A stretch of DNA of 64,000 nucleotides from Minisyncoccota bacterium (lineage in GTDB: Bacteria; Patescibacteriota; Minisyncoccia; UBA6257; 2-01-FULL-56-20): positions 11,853 to 75,852 of the forward strand of contig DATJLR010000003.1 of assembly GCA_035509435.1 (NCBI GenBank), in the 5' to 3' direction. A program made the translations under genes and the position numbers. Positions within the stretch are counted from its first letter, which is position 1. Each line of letters begins with the position of its first letter. Shown piece by piece: positions 55,408 to 64,000 of this stretch. The notes under the pieces are model-generated. The model was not told the origin of the DNA, ran no database searches, and saw only the letters and a program-made list of their open reading frames with translations.

Positions 55408-56586
55408 TCAATCCGCCAGCCAATGCAGGCGCCGCCGCAACTTGCGGTTGATCTCCGAATTGCTCTTGTCGAAATATGCCTCCAGGAAGGGCAGAAGGTG
55501 CCGTGAGAGCGCCGCATCGGAGCCATAGCTCCCCTGTCGCTCCGCAAAACCCAGCTGCGTTAAAATTTCTTCCATCGGAAAACGGTCGAATGACGCCCCG
55601 CCGTGTTTATACGGCAACGCGAACGGCAGCTCGTGCTCCGCGTCCATATATACATGCCCTTTCAGCTTTCCTTTGCCTACTTCCTTCAAAAACTGTTCCG
55701 TCACCGGATCAATGATCCGCTTGAACGCGCGGGCAACGCTTTCGGACATCGCGCCCGCGAGATACGAGCGGTACATCTCCTTCGCCGCCCCCTCGGATAC
55801 GCCGAGCTCGGCGGCGATCCGCAAAAAGAGCAGGCCGAAGTTCCATTGCAGGCGCTCGCGATAGAGCACCGGATGGCCATCCTTTGTTTTCTGGAGCACA
55901 AAGAGCGCCGCGCCGCGCGGGCCTTCATCCACGATAAGGTTCAGCGGCAGTTTCCGGGCGCGCGCGAGGGAGGCCAGGCGCGCCTGTGCCGACTCGGCAA
56001 AAAAGAAATCGTCCGGCGCGTTGAAAAATTGCCGGAGGTCGCGGAAAAGGTCTCGCCCGGTAAATGTGAGCTCGAGCAGGAGCGATATTTTTTTTCCGGT
56101 GAACCCGACGGGGTTCACCACCAGATTACCGTCCACTGTGAAGTTGCGCGCTTTCGCGCCGACCATGATCGTGTCGAGCTCGTGGATGCGCAGCCGGGCC
56201 GCCGCCTCCGCGCGACACTGGTTGAAGATCTTTCCCATCGCCTGCGCGATCATGTTCTCGAGTTCCGGCAGGACGATCTCGCTTTTTTCGGTGCCGTGCT
56301 CGCGCGCGAGGTCGAGCGGGATCGGGATCGTCGTCGCGAGCGACGAGTCAGCGACGGCGATCACCTTGCGGTGCGATTTGAAAAGATACGCGCCCTCCCA
56401 TGATTTCTGCGCCACGCTCCGCATGGGCGATGCGAAGAACTTCTTGAGGTCCAGATTGCGCGCCAGTTTTTCGAAGATGATGTTCCGGTCCTCGTCCACG
56501 GAGAGGAACAGTCCGTCGGTTCCCGCCGGCCCGATCGCCAGAACCAAAAATTTCTCGCGGGGTTTGAAGAGAGTGGGCTTCTTCAT
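55408..56586 (-). CDS. divergent FtsA/actin-like protein
   Basis: VDGNLVVNPVGFTGK segment and IAAELGVSEGAAKE helix; motif I degenerate (LAIGP). Confidence 0.55.
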   Translation of the reverse strand: MKKPTLFKPREKFLVLAIGPAGTDGLFLSVDEDRNIIFEKLARNLDLKKFFASPMRSVAQKSWEGAYLFKSHRKVIAVADSSLATTIPIPLDLAREHGTEKSEIVLPELENMIAQAMGKIFNQCRAEAAARLRIHELDTIMVGAKARNFTVDGNLVVNPVGFTGKKISLLLELTFTGRDLFRDLRQFFNAPDDFFFAESAQARLASLARARKLPLNLIVDEGPRGAALFVLQKTKDGHPVLYRERLQWNFGLLFLRIAAELGVSEGAAKEMYRSYLAGAMSESVARAFKRIIDPVTEQFLKEVGKGKLKGHVYMDAEHELPFALPYKHGGASFDRFPMEEILTQLGFAERQGSYGSDAALSRHLLPFLEAYFDKSNSEINRKLRRRLHWLAD

Positions 56587-56618
56587 ACCCTCAGTTTAGC
56601 ACAGAAACAAAACGGCTT

Positions 56619-56945
56619 TTACCGGAGTCCCGCCTTCTTTTCCAGTTTGCTTACCCGAAAATCAAGGCTCGCGATATCGCCCTGTGTTTTGAGCTTAGCG
56701 ACATCAAGCTCCTTGCGGATCTCCTTCAGCTCCGCAAACACCGCATCGAAGCGTGCATTGACGCTTTTCTCAAATTTATCGAACCGCGCCTCGAGGCGGT
56801 CTACGCGCTTTGCCAACGCGAGGAGGTCGGTTTGTCTTGCCGTCGCCGCAAAACCTTTCTCTATCATGATCGCCAATCCGCCGATGGCACTGTCCAGCAT
56901 TCCTTTCGTTACCGGAAGGTCACTATCGTTTGTGTTATCTATCAT
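56619..56945 (-). CDS. hypothetical coiled-coil protein
   Basis: LAIMIEKGF..ARQTDL...VDRLE heptads. Confidence 0.75.
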   Translation of the reverse strand: MIDNTNDSDLPVTKGMLDSAIGGLAIMIEKGFAATARQTDLLALAKRVDRLEARFDKFEKSVNARFDAVFAELKEIRKELDVAKLKTQGDIASLDFRVSKLEKKAGLR

Positions 56946-56997
56946 CCCACCATCATACGGCGCACAAAAACAAAGTCAAAAACTTTTTAATGGAAAT

Positions 56998-57669
56998 TTA
57001 ATGTTGTTGATCAACCAGATTTTTATCATACCCCATCACAACCAATCTTTCGTACGCATCCCAAACTTCGGACGGGATATCTTGCGGAATTGAATATCCT
57101 TTTTCTCCATAGATCTTTATGCGCTGGAAATCACCGACGAGACTATTGATGACCGCTTCCCTTGGCTTCAACGCATAGGGATATTCCTCATACGAAATAG
57201 GCGGGGAAGTGACGATGGCATCTTTCCCTGGCCATCTTTTTTGAAAAGTAGCATATGTACGCCGCTCCATATACGGCTTTTGAACAAGAATGAACTTCTG
57301 GATATTAAGCTTCTTTTCTTCCAAAAGCTTTCGGGTAAATAATATATTTTCGCCCGTATTCGTCGATCGATTTTCCACTAAGATTTTTTCTTTAGGCACG
57401 CCTGCTTTTATAGCCACATCGGCAAACGCTTCCGCCTCTGTTTTTCCACCCCAAAGCTCTGAAGTCAACTGCCCAGTATTGGATACAACACCCTCTTTAC
57501 CGGAGAAAATGATGAGTGGTGCATAACCGTCAAGAAAAAGCTTCGCTGCATATGACGCCACCCGGAGGTCATAACTACCGAGAACAAAAATCGCATCAGC
57601 CTTCTCAAGTTTCTGATGCATAAGCATATAATCCCAAATTTTCTTGGCGAGAATATCTGCTTCGTCCAT
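56998..57669 (-). CDS. YdcF/DUF218 family protein
   Basis: ADAIFVLGS...ENRSTNTGEN...VQKPYMERR. Confidence 0.92.
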   Translation of the reverse strand: MDEADILAKKIWDYMLMHQKLEKADAIFVLGSYDLRVASYAAKLFLDGYAPLIIFSGKEGVVSNTGQLTSELWGGKTEAEAFADVAIKAGVPKEKILVENRSTNTGENILFTRKLLEEKKLNIQKFILVQKPYMERRTYATFQKRWPGKDAIVTSPPISYEEYPYALKPREAVINSLVGDFQRIKIYGEKGYSIPQDIPSEVWDAYERLVVMGYDKNLVDQQH

Positions 57670-57679
57670 TTAATGGGTT

Positions 57680-59590
57680 TTATTCGATCACGCCGCGGAT
57701 GCGCCGTATCCCTGCCGCCACCGCTTCCTCTTTTGCGATCCTGAAGCGTCCGATCTCGCCCGTGTGCGAGACGTGCGGGCCGCCGCAGAACTCTATGGAA
57801 AATGCCTTGTCGAACTGCGGATCCGCGAGCGTGGCGCCTTTCGGCCCGATGGAGTACACCGACACGCGTTCCGGATACTTCTGTCCGAACTCGTGTTCGG
57901 CACCGAGCTTTTCCGCGTCCTCGCGCGCCATCTCGTTCCGCAGCACCGGCAGGTCCTCCGCGATCTTCTCGTTCACGATGCGCTCCACTTCCGCTTTCTG
58001 TTCGTCGGTCAGCTTCGCGTCGTGCAGATAATCCAGGCGCAGGCGTTCGCTCGTGATATTGCTCCCCCTCTGCTTGACCGTCGGGCCGAGCACCTGCTGG
58101 AGTGCACGCAATAACAGATGGTGCGCGGTGTGCAACCGCACCGTCTTCTCCGACGTGTCGGCGAGGCCGCCCTTGAACGTGCCCGCGGACGCGGTGCGGG
58201 AAAGGTCGCGATGCTTCGTGAACTCGCGCTCGAACTCCTCTTCGTTGACCTTGATCCCTTTTTCCGTCGCCATCTCCTGCGTAAGCTCCCACGGGAATCC
58301 GTAGCTTTGATAGAGGTCGAACGCGTCTTTACCCGTGACCATCCCGGCCTCCGCGCGCTTTTTAAATTCTTTTAATCCTTCGTCCACTGCCGCCATGAAC
58401 TTTGCGAACTCTTCGGCGATGGTCTTTATGATGCTATCCGCATCCTCGGAAATATTCGGATAGCTGTCTTTATATAGAGCGGCCAGAACGCCGACCATCT
58501 TTGTTACCCAGCCATATTCCGGCCGTATCGACATCCCGAACAGCGCAGTGCGACGGAGCAAGCGGCGCAGCACATATCCTTGTCCTTTGTTGGACGGCAA
58601 CACGCCGTCACCGATCAAAAATACGGACGCGCGCATGTGGTCCAAAATGACCCGGACCTTGCGCACGTCTTCTTCGGTCCGCCCGAATGCGGGATCAACT
58701 TCCACCATCTTCCTGAACACGTCGATGTGAAACACATCCGGGTCTCCATTCGTCGCCGCGGTGATGCGCTCCAGGCCGCCGCCGAAGTCCACGTTTTGCT
58801 GGGATAGCTTTTCAAAACGGCCGTCCTCGCGCTTTTTGTATTCCATGAACACGCTGTTGCCGATCTCGAGGAACCGGCCGCAGTCGCAGTTCGGATGGCA
58901 CTGTGCGCCGAACTTCGGATCGTGCCGCGGGACGCCCTGCTCATTTGTAGCGCCAAAGTCATAGAATACCTCCGAGTCTGGGCCGCCCGGCTCGCCCGCG
59001 GGCATCTTGGCGGGCACGCCCGCGCGCGACCACCAGTTTTTCTTTACATCATACGAAAATATCCGGCCGCCCTGCATGCCTACGGCGCTCGCATTCTCTT
59101 CGGAACCGAGCGCGACGTACTTCGCCTCAATATCTTTGGAGTGGAACAGTTCCGTCCAGATCTTTACCGATTCATCGTCCGCGGGGATCTCCATTTCCGA
59201 GTCGCCGGCAAAGACCGTGACGTACAGGTTCATCGGATCCAGGCCGACGCCGACATTCTTGTCCGTCAAAAATTCAAAGATCCATTTGAGCTGGTCGGCT
59301 TTAAAATAGTCGCCGAGCGACCAGTTGCCGAGCATCTCGAAGAACGTCGTGTGGCGGTTGTCGCCCACCTCGTCAATGTCGTCCGCGCGGAAACTCTTTT
59401 GCGAGTCGACAAGACGGCGGCCTTCCGGATGCGGCTGGCCGAGCAGATACGGCACGAGCGGCTGCATGCCCGAACTCGTGAAGAGCGTCGTCGGATCGTT
59501 CTCCGGCACGAGCGCTGCGGACGGGATCACTGTGTGCCCGCGCGCGGCGAAGAAATCCAGATATTTTTTTCTGACCTCGGCCAATTCCAT
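57680..59590 (-). CDS. alaS: alanine--tRNA ligase lacking the C-Ala domain
   Basis: H.TFFEMLGNWS, DFGGGLER, HTAHHLL, EFCGGPH and GIRRI motifs. Confidence 0.97.
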   Translation of the reverse strand: MELAEVRKKYLDFFAARGHTVIPSAALVPENDPTTLFTSSGMQPLVPYLLGQPHPEGRRLVDSQKSFRADDIDEVGDNRHTTFFEMLGNWSLGDYFKADQLKWIFEFLTDKNVGVGLDPMNLYVTVFAGDSEMEIPADDESVKIWTELFHSKDIEAKYVALGSEENASAVGMQGGRIFSYDVKKNWWSRAGVPAKMPAGEPGGPDSEVFYDFGATNEQGVPRHDPKFGAQCHPNCDCGRFLEIGNSVFMEYKKREDGRFEKLSQQNVDFGGGLERITAATNGDPDVFHIDVFRKMVEVDPAFGRTEEDVRKVRVILDHMRASVFLIGDGVLPSNKGQGYVLRRLLRRTALFGMSIRPEYGWVTKMVGVLAALYKDSYPNISEDADSIIKTIAEEFAKFMAAVDEGLKEFKKRAEAGMVTGKDAFDLYQSYGFPWELTQEMATEKGIKVNEEEFEREFTKHRDLSRTASAGTFKGGLADTSEKTVRLHTAHHLLLRALQQVLGPTVKQRGSNITSERLRLDYLHDAKLTDEQKAEVERIVNEKIAEDLPVLRNEMAREDAEKLGAEHEFGQKYPERVSVYSIGPKGATLADPQFDKAFSIEFCGGPHVSHTGEIGRFRIAKEEAVAAGIRRIRGVIE

Positions 59591-59689
59591 GTAAGGATAT
59601 ACTACCTTTGCGTCCGGCTTTTTTCCAGTGTCATTGATAAAAGAAGGGCCGGCAGCGCGTGCGCACTGTCGGCCCCATGGAGGTCGGAA

Positions 59690-59983
59690 TCATCCGATAA
59701 AAAGAAATTCTTCGCTGGGAGCAGCCGGCGTCTTGGCCCGAAAATATCCGTATCGCCGGGCGAGCAGGCGCATCAGCCGCAATTCCCACATTGCCCCCTC
59801 GCTCTCCAGTTTGTAAAGCGCCAATCTAATATTCTCTTCCACCTCTTCCGGTGGATCGTTGATGGGATCTTTCCGAAAAGCCCTGCGAAATTCATCCCGC
59901 ACGAGCTTTCCCTGGACCAAATAGATCCCCGCGATGACAGGCACCGCGAGGATCCCGACGGTCGCTGCCTTTTTGCCGCTCAT
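59690..59983 (-). CDS. hypothetical membrane-anchored orphan protein
   Basis: GGAGGG SD; TTGACA-N17-TATATT promoter overlapping the end of rpoD. Confidence 0.6.
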   Translation of the reverse strand: MSGKKAATVGILAVPVIAGIYLVQGKLVRDEFRRAFRKDPINDPPEEVEENIRLALYKLESEGAMWELRLMRLLARRYGYFRAKTPAAPSEEFLFIG

Positions 59984-60049
59984 GGCCTTTTCCCTCCGAA
60001 AATTCCTGAAGTCTTGTGGTACTGATCGCAATATACCTTGTACGCGCGC

Positions 60050-61372
<1,323 letters not shown>

Positions 61373-61419
61373 GAGATATATACGATATTATCCTCTATTT
61401 CTTACGATTTTGCAAGGGA

Positions 61420-63201
61420 TCACTCTTCCCCTCCCGGCAGCTTCGCGAGTTCCGCGAGCGCCGCGGCAAGCTCTGCGTCGTTGCCGCGCGCTTCGGCGTT
61501 CTTTATGGCAAGCGAAAGGATGTGGCGGCGCTCTTTATAGTATTCGCGCGCGAGGCCTTCTTTTAATGCGGCGACATCTTCTTCCTTTAATTCGCTCATG
61601 GCCGTCGGATCGCGCAGGACGATGAGCCCCACGACGGCGTCGAGCGCGGCGTCGTCGCTCTTGCGGGCGCCGCCTTTTAATAGAGCGAATATTTCCTTTT
61701 GTGGCGGCGTAAGAAACGTCTCGCAATCTTCCATAAATGAAAAATCGTCGCGCGCGAGCGCGAGCGCGAGGAGGTCTTCCACGATGAGCTCCTGGCGCGA
61801 GACCTGGCGCTTCGGCGCCGAGCCATCCTCCGCCGCGGCGTTGCGATCCGCAACCGACGGCTGTGTCGGCCCGTACTGCGCGGTGGCGCTTTTCTCCGCC
61901 TCTTCCTCTAGTGTCTTCTCGGCGACGCCGGTGCGCTTGGCGAGCTCTTTCATCCAGTGATCGCGCTCCACCGGACTTGCGATGTGGCGCAGTTTGGCGA
62001 GTACCGTGCGCAGCTTGCCGAGCCCTTCGCGCGTGGTGAGTGCGGCGGGATCGGACGACGCAGCGCCGGGTGCGAGCGGCGGTAAATATTTCTCAAAGTA
62101 AAACACCGGCGCCGTGACCGCGGCGGCCACGGTCTTCCGCACATTTTCCGGATCCGCTTTTGCCGCCTCGGCGGCATCCTTGAACCCGCGGTATGTAGCC
62201 ACCTTCACCGCAAAGTCGTTCGCTTCGGCGAGGTCGATCGCGCGTTCGGCGGCGTCGGAGCCGGCGGCGTCGGAGTCGAAGCACAATATCACCTCATCGG
62301 CCAGGCGCCGCACCGAGCGCAAGTGGTCCGCGGTGAGGGCCGTGCCCGACGACGCGATCACGTTGCGCACGCCGCTCTGATAGCTCATCAAAAAATCCAT
62401 CTGGCCCTCCACGAGCACGGCGGACTTGGCCTCGCGGATCGCGTCCTTCGACTTCCAAAATCCGTAGAGCAGGCGCGACTTCTGGAAGATCGGCGTCTCC
62501 GGACTGTTCACGTACTTTGCCGTCACGTACGTTGCCTTCGGATCGTTCGACGTGTCGAACTGCGGAAGGATGCGTCCGGTGAAGCCGACCACTTTGCCGA
62601 GATGATTGTGGATCGGGAACATCACGCGGCCGCGGAACCGGTCGAACATCATCCCCTTCTCCGATTTGATAGAGAGCCCCGCCTGCAGAAGGTCCTGCGG
62701 CGCGGCGCCGCCGTTCAGCAGATGCATGGAAAGATTCTCCGGCTCGTTCGCGGCCCAGCCGAGCTCGAACTCCTCTATAATAGACGGCGCGAGCCCGCGC
62801 TCCGCGAGATACTGCTTGACGATCGGCGCGGCGGCGAGCGCGCGCTTATAAAAATTCTTCGCCTGGTCGTTCAGGTCGTAGAGCAAGCCGGTGTAGCGAT
62901 ACTCGGCGGGATTCTCGTGCCGCAGTTCCACGCCGGCTTTTTCCGCAAGCATGCGCAGCGCCTCGCCGAACTCCATGTTCTCGTACTTCATCACGAAGCC
63001 GAAGATGTCGCCGTCCGCGCCGCAGCCAAAACAGTGCCACCGCTGCCGCTCCGGCGACACGCTGAACGACGGCGACTTCTCGTGATGGAACGGGCAGAGC
63101 GCCTTGAAGTTCTTTCCTGCGGGCGTGAGCGTGAGGTACCCGCGCAGAAAATCCACGATGTCCAGCTTGCTCTTTATTAACTCGGTGGTGGAGGATGGCA
63201 T
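61420..63201 (-). CDS. dnaG: DNA primase
   Basis: CPFHHEKSPSF...CFGC, KYVNSPET, VEGQMD and FDSDAAG motifs; start at MPSSTT. Confidence 0.97.
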   Translation of the reverse strand: MPSSTTELIKSKLDIVDFLRGYLTLTPAGKNFKALCPFHHEKSPSFSVSPERQRWHCFGCGADGDIFGFVMKYENMEFGEALRMLAEKAGVELRHENPAEYRYTGLLYDLNDQAKNFYKRALAAAPIVKQYLAERGLAPSIIEEFELGWAANEPENLSMHLLNGGAAPQDLLQAGLSIKSEKGMMFDRFRGRVMFPIHNHLGKVVGFTGRILPQFDTSNDPKATYVTAKYVNSPETPIFQKSRLLYGFWKSKDAIREAKSAVLVEGQMDFLMSYQSGVRNVIASSGTALTADHLRSVRRLADEVILCFDSDAAGSDAAERAIDLAEANDFAVKVATYRGFKDAAEAAKADPENVRKTVAAAVTAPVFYFEKYLPPLAPGAASSDPAALTTREGLGKLRTVLAKLRHIASPVERDHWMKELAKRTGVAEKTLEEEAEKSATAQYGPTQPSVADRNAAAEDGSAPKRQVSRQELIVEDLLALALARDDFSFMEDCETFLTPPQKEIFALLKGGARKSDDAALDAVVGLIVLRDPTAMSELKEEDVAALKEGLAREYYKERRHILSLAIKNAEARGNDAELAAALAELAKLPGGEE

Positions 63202-63339
63202 GATGGTAATGGCGTGCGCCGTGCGGCAGCACACGCGGCGATTATTGTCTGAATCTTACGGCAAAGGCCACCACCCCGCAACTATTTTCAAATTGAGCGC
63301 GATACAGTATAGTAAAATTTGAAAGTGAAAGGAGAAGCC

Positions 63340-63528
63340 ATGGTTCTGTACGTTGATAGCACCCTCGCCCAGCTCCGCAAAACAGAAGGCGTGGTCCAAC
63401 GCCACCACTGCTGCGGCGGCTTGAGCACCAAAACGGATGAAGTTCCGGAATCGCCCACGGCACCCGCCCCACAGACCCCCATTCGCGATTTCTGCACGGA
63501 CAATGAGATCGCGCCGCACACGGATTAG
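63340..63528 (+). CDS. small orphan protein in a stand-alone cassette
   Basis: GAAAGGAG SD before ATG 63340; terminator at about 63546-63576. Confidence 0.5.
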   Translation: MVLYVDSTLAQLRKTEGVVQRHHCCGGLSTKTDEVPESPTAPAPQTPIRDFCTDNEIAPHTD

Positions 63529-63574
63529 CCGTCCCCTTTCCACCAAAAAGCCCTCGCACTTGCGAGGGCCTTCT

Positions 63575-64000
63575 TTATATCACCGTCACATGGAGGAACC
63601 CGATGTTCTGGTTGAGCATGATGCAGAGCCCCGCCACCACGATGACGAGCAGGCCGCCGGCGATGAGCCGCGGATATTGCAGGCGGATGTTCACAAAGAT
63701 GTTCAGCACGAGCGCGACGAAGAAAAGGATCATCACGAAGAAGTAGAAGTCGTCCGCCATGGTCTTTGGATTGGAGAAAAGCCGCTGAATGAGACTGCTC
63801 TGCGGGACAGGAACGGCAGCGGTGTCCGCTACCGGCGCCGCGACTGGTTGCGCGCTGGACGTCACGACGATCGGGGTTGTCGCAGGGACCGGCGCGGCCG
63901 CTGATACCGTCTCCGTCGATGCTCCCTCAACCGCCACGAACGTCTGCTGCGCTGCCGGCGCGGAAGAGCTCTGTATAGCGACCACCGCGGGCACCGATGC
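63575..64000 (-). CDS. C-terminal part of a membrane protein (Ala/Pro/Thr linker plus two TM helices), truncated by the window edge
   Basis: Open frame to the window end; two hydrophobic helices. Confidence 0.75.
   Translation of the reverse strand, partial: ASVPAVVAIQSSSAPAAQQTFVAVEGASTETVSAAAPVPATTPIVVTSSAQPVAAPVADTAAVPVPQSSLIQRLFSNPKTMADDFYFFVMILFFVALVLNIFVNIRLQYPRLIAGGLLVIVVAGLCIMLNQNIGFLHVTVI

Noticed and set aside
57680-59590. Truncated alaS as a pseudogene
   Set aside because: Aminoacylation and editing motifs are intact; loss of the C-Ala domain is known in reduced-genome lineages.

Overview
GC-rich chromosomal segment of a small-genome bacterium, most likely Patescibacteria/CPR (Parcubacteria-like). 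This is inferred from a C-terminally truncated AlaRS and RpoA, a baseplate-J-like/FtsA-like gene pair, a PEGA protein, a class II RNR and SD-less core genes; TGA is used as stop. Core genes: rpmB, tRNA-Pro(GGG), a lower-glycolysis cluster (glycerate kinase, ppsA, 2-hydroxyacid dehydrogenase, eno), pyrD, nrdJ, Pif1- and UvrD-type helicases, the infA-rpmJ-rpsM-rpsK-rpsD-rpoA-rplQ-rplM-rpsI operon, alaS, rpoD and dnaG. Accessory content includes an AT-rich defence islet (Abi-like protein, Dam-family MTase, HNH nuclease), surface proteins and a CHAP-like hydrolase. Most notable observations: (1) three coexisting gene-start architectures, namely leaderless -10-N6-ATG starts, AT-rich leaders with an (AAA)GGTCG motif, and about ten stand-alone orphan cassettes with strong Shine-Dalgarno sites, one encoding an outer-membrane-type beta-barrel; (2) many genes reduced to fused N- and C-terminal stubs by internal deletion; (3) a compact ~118-nt 6S-like RNA; (4) two microproteins missed by the ORF track. 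All family assignments come from motif recognition by eye; no searches were run.
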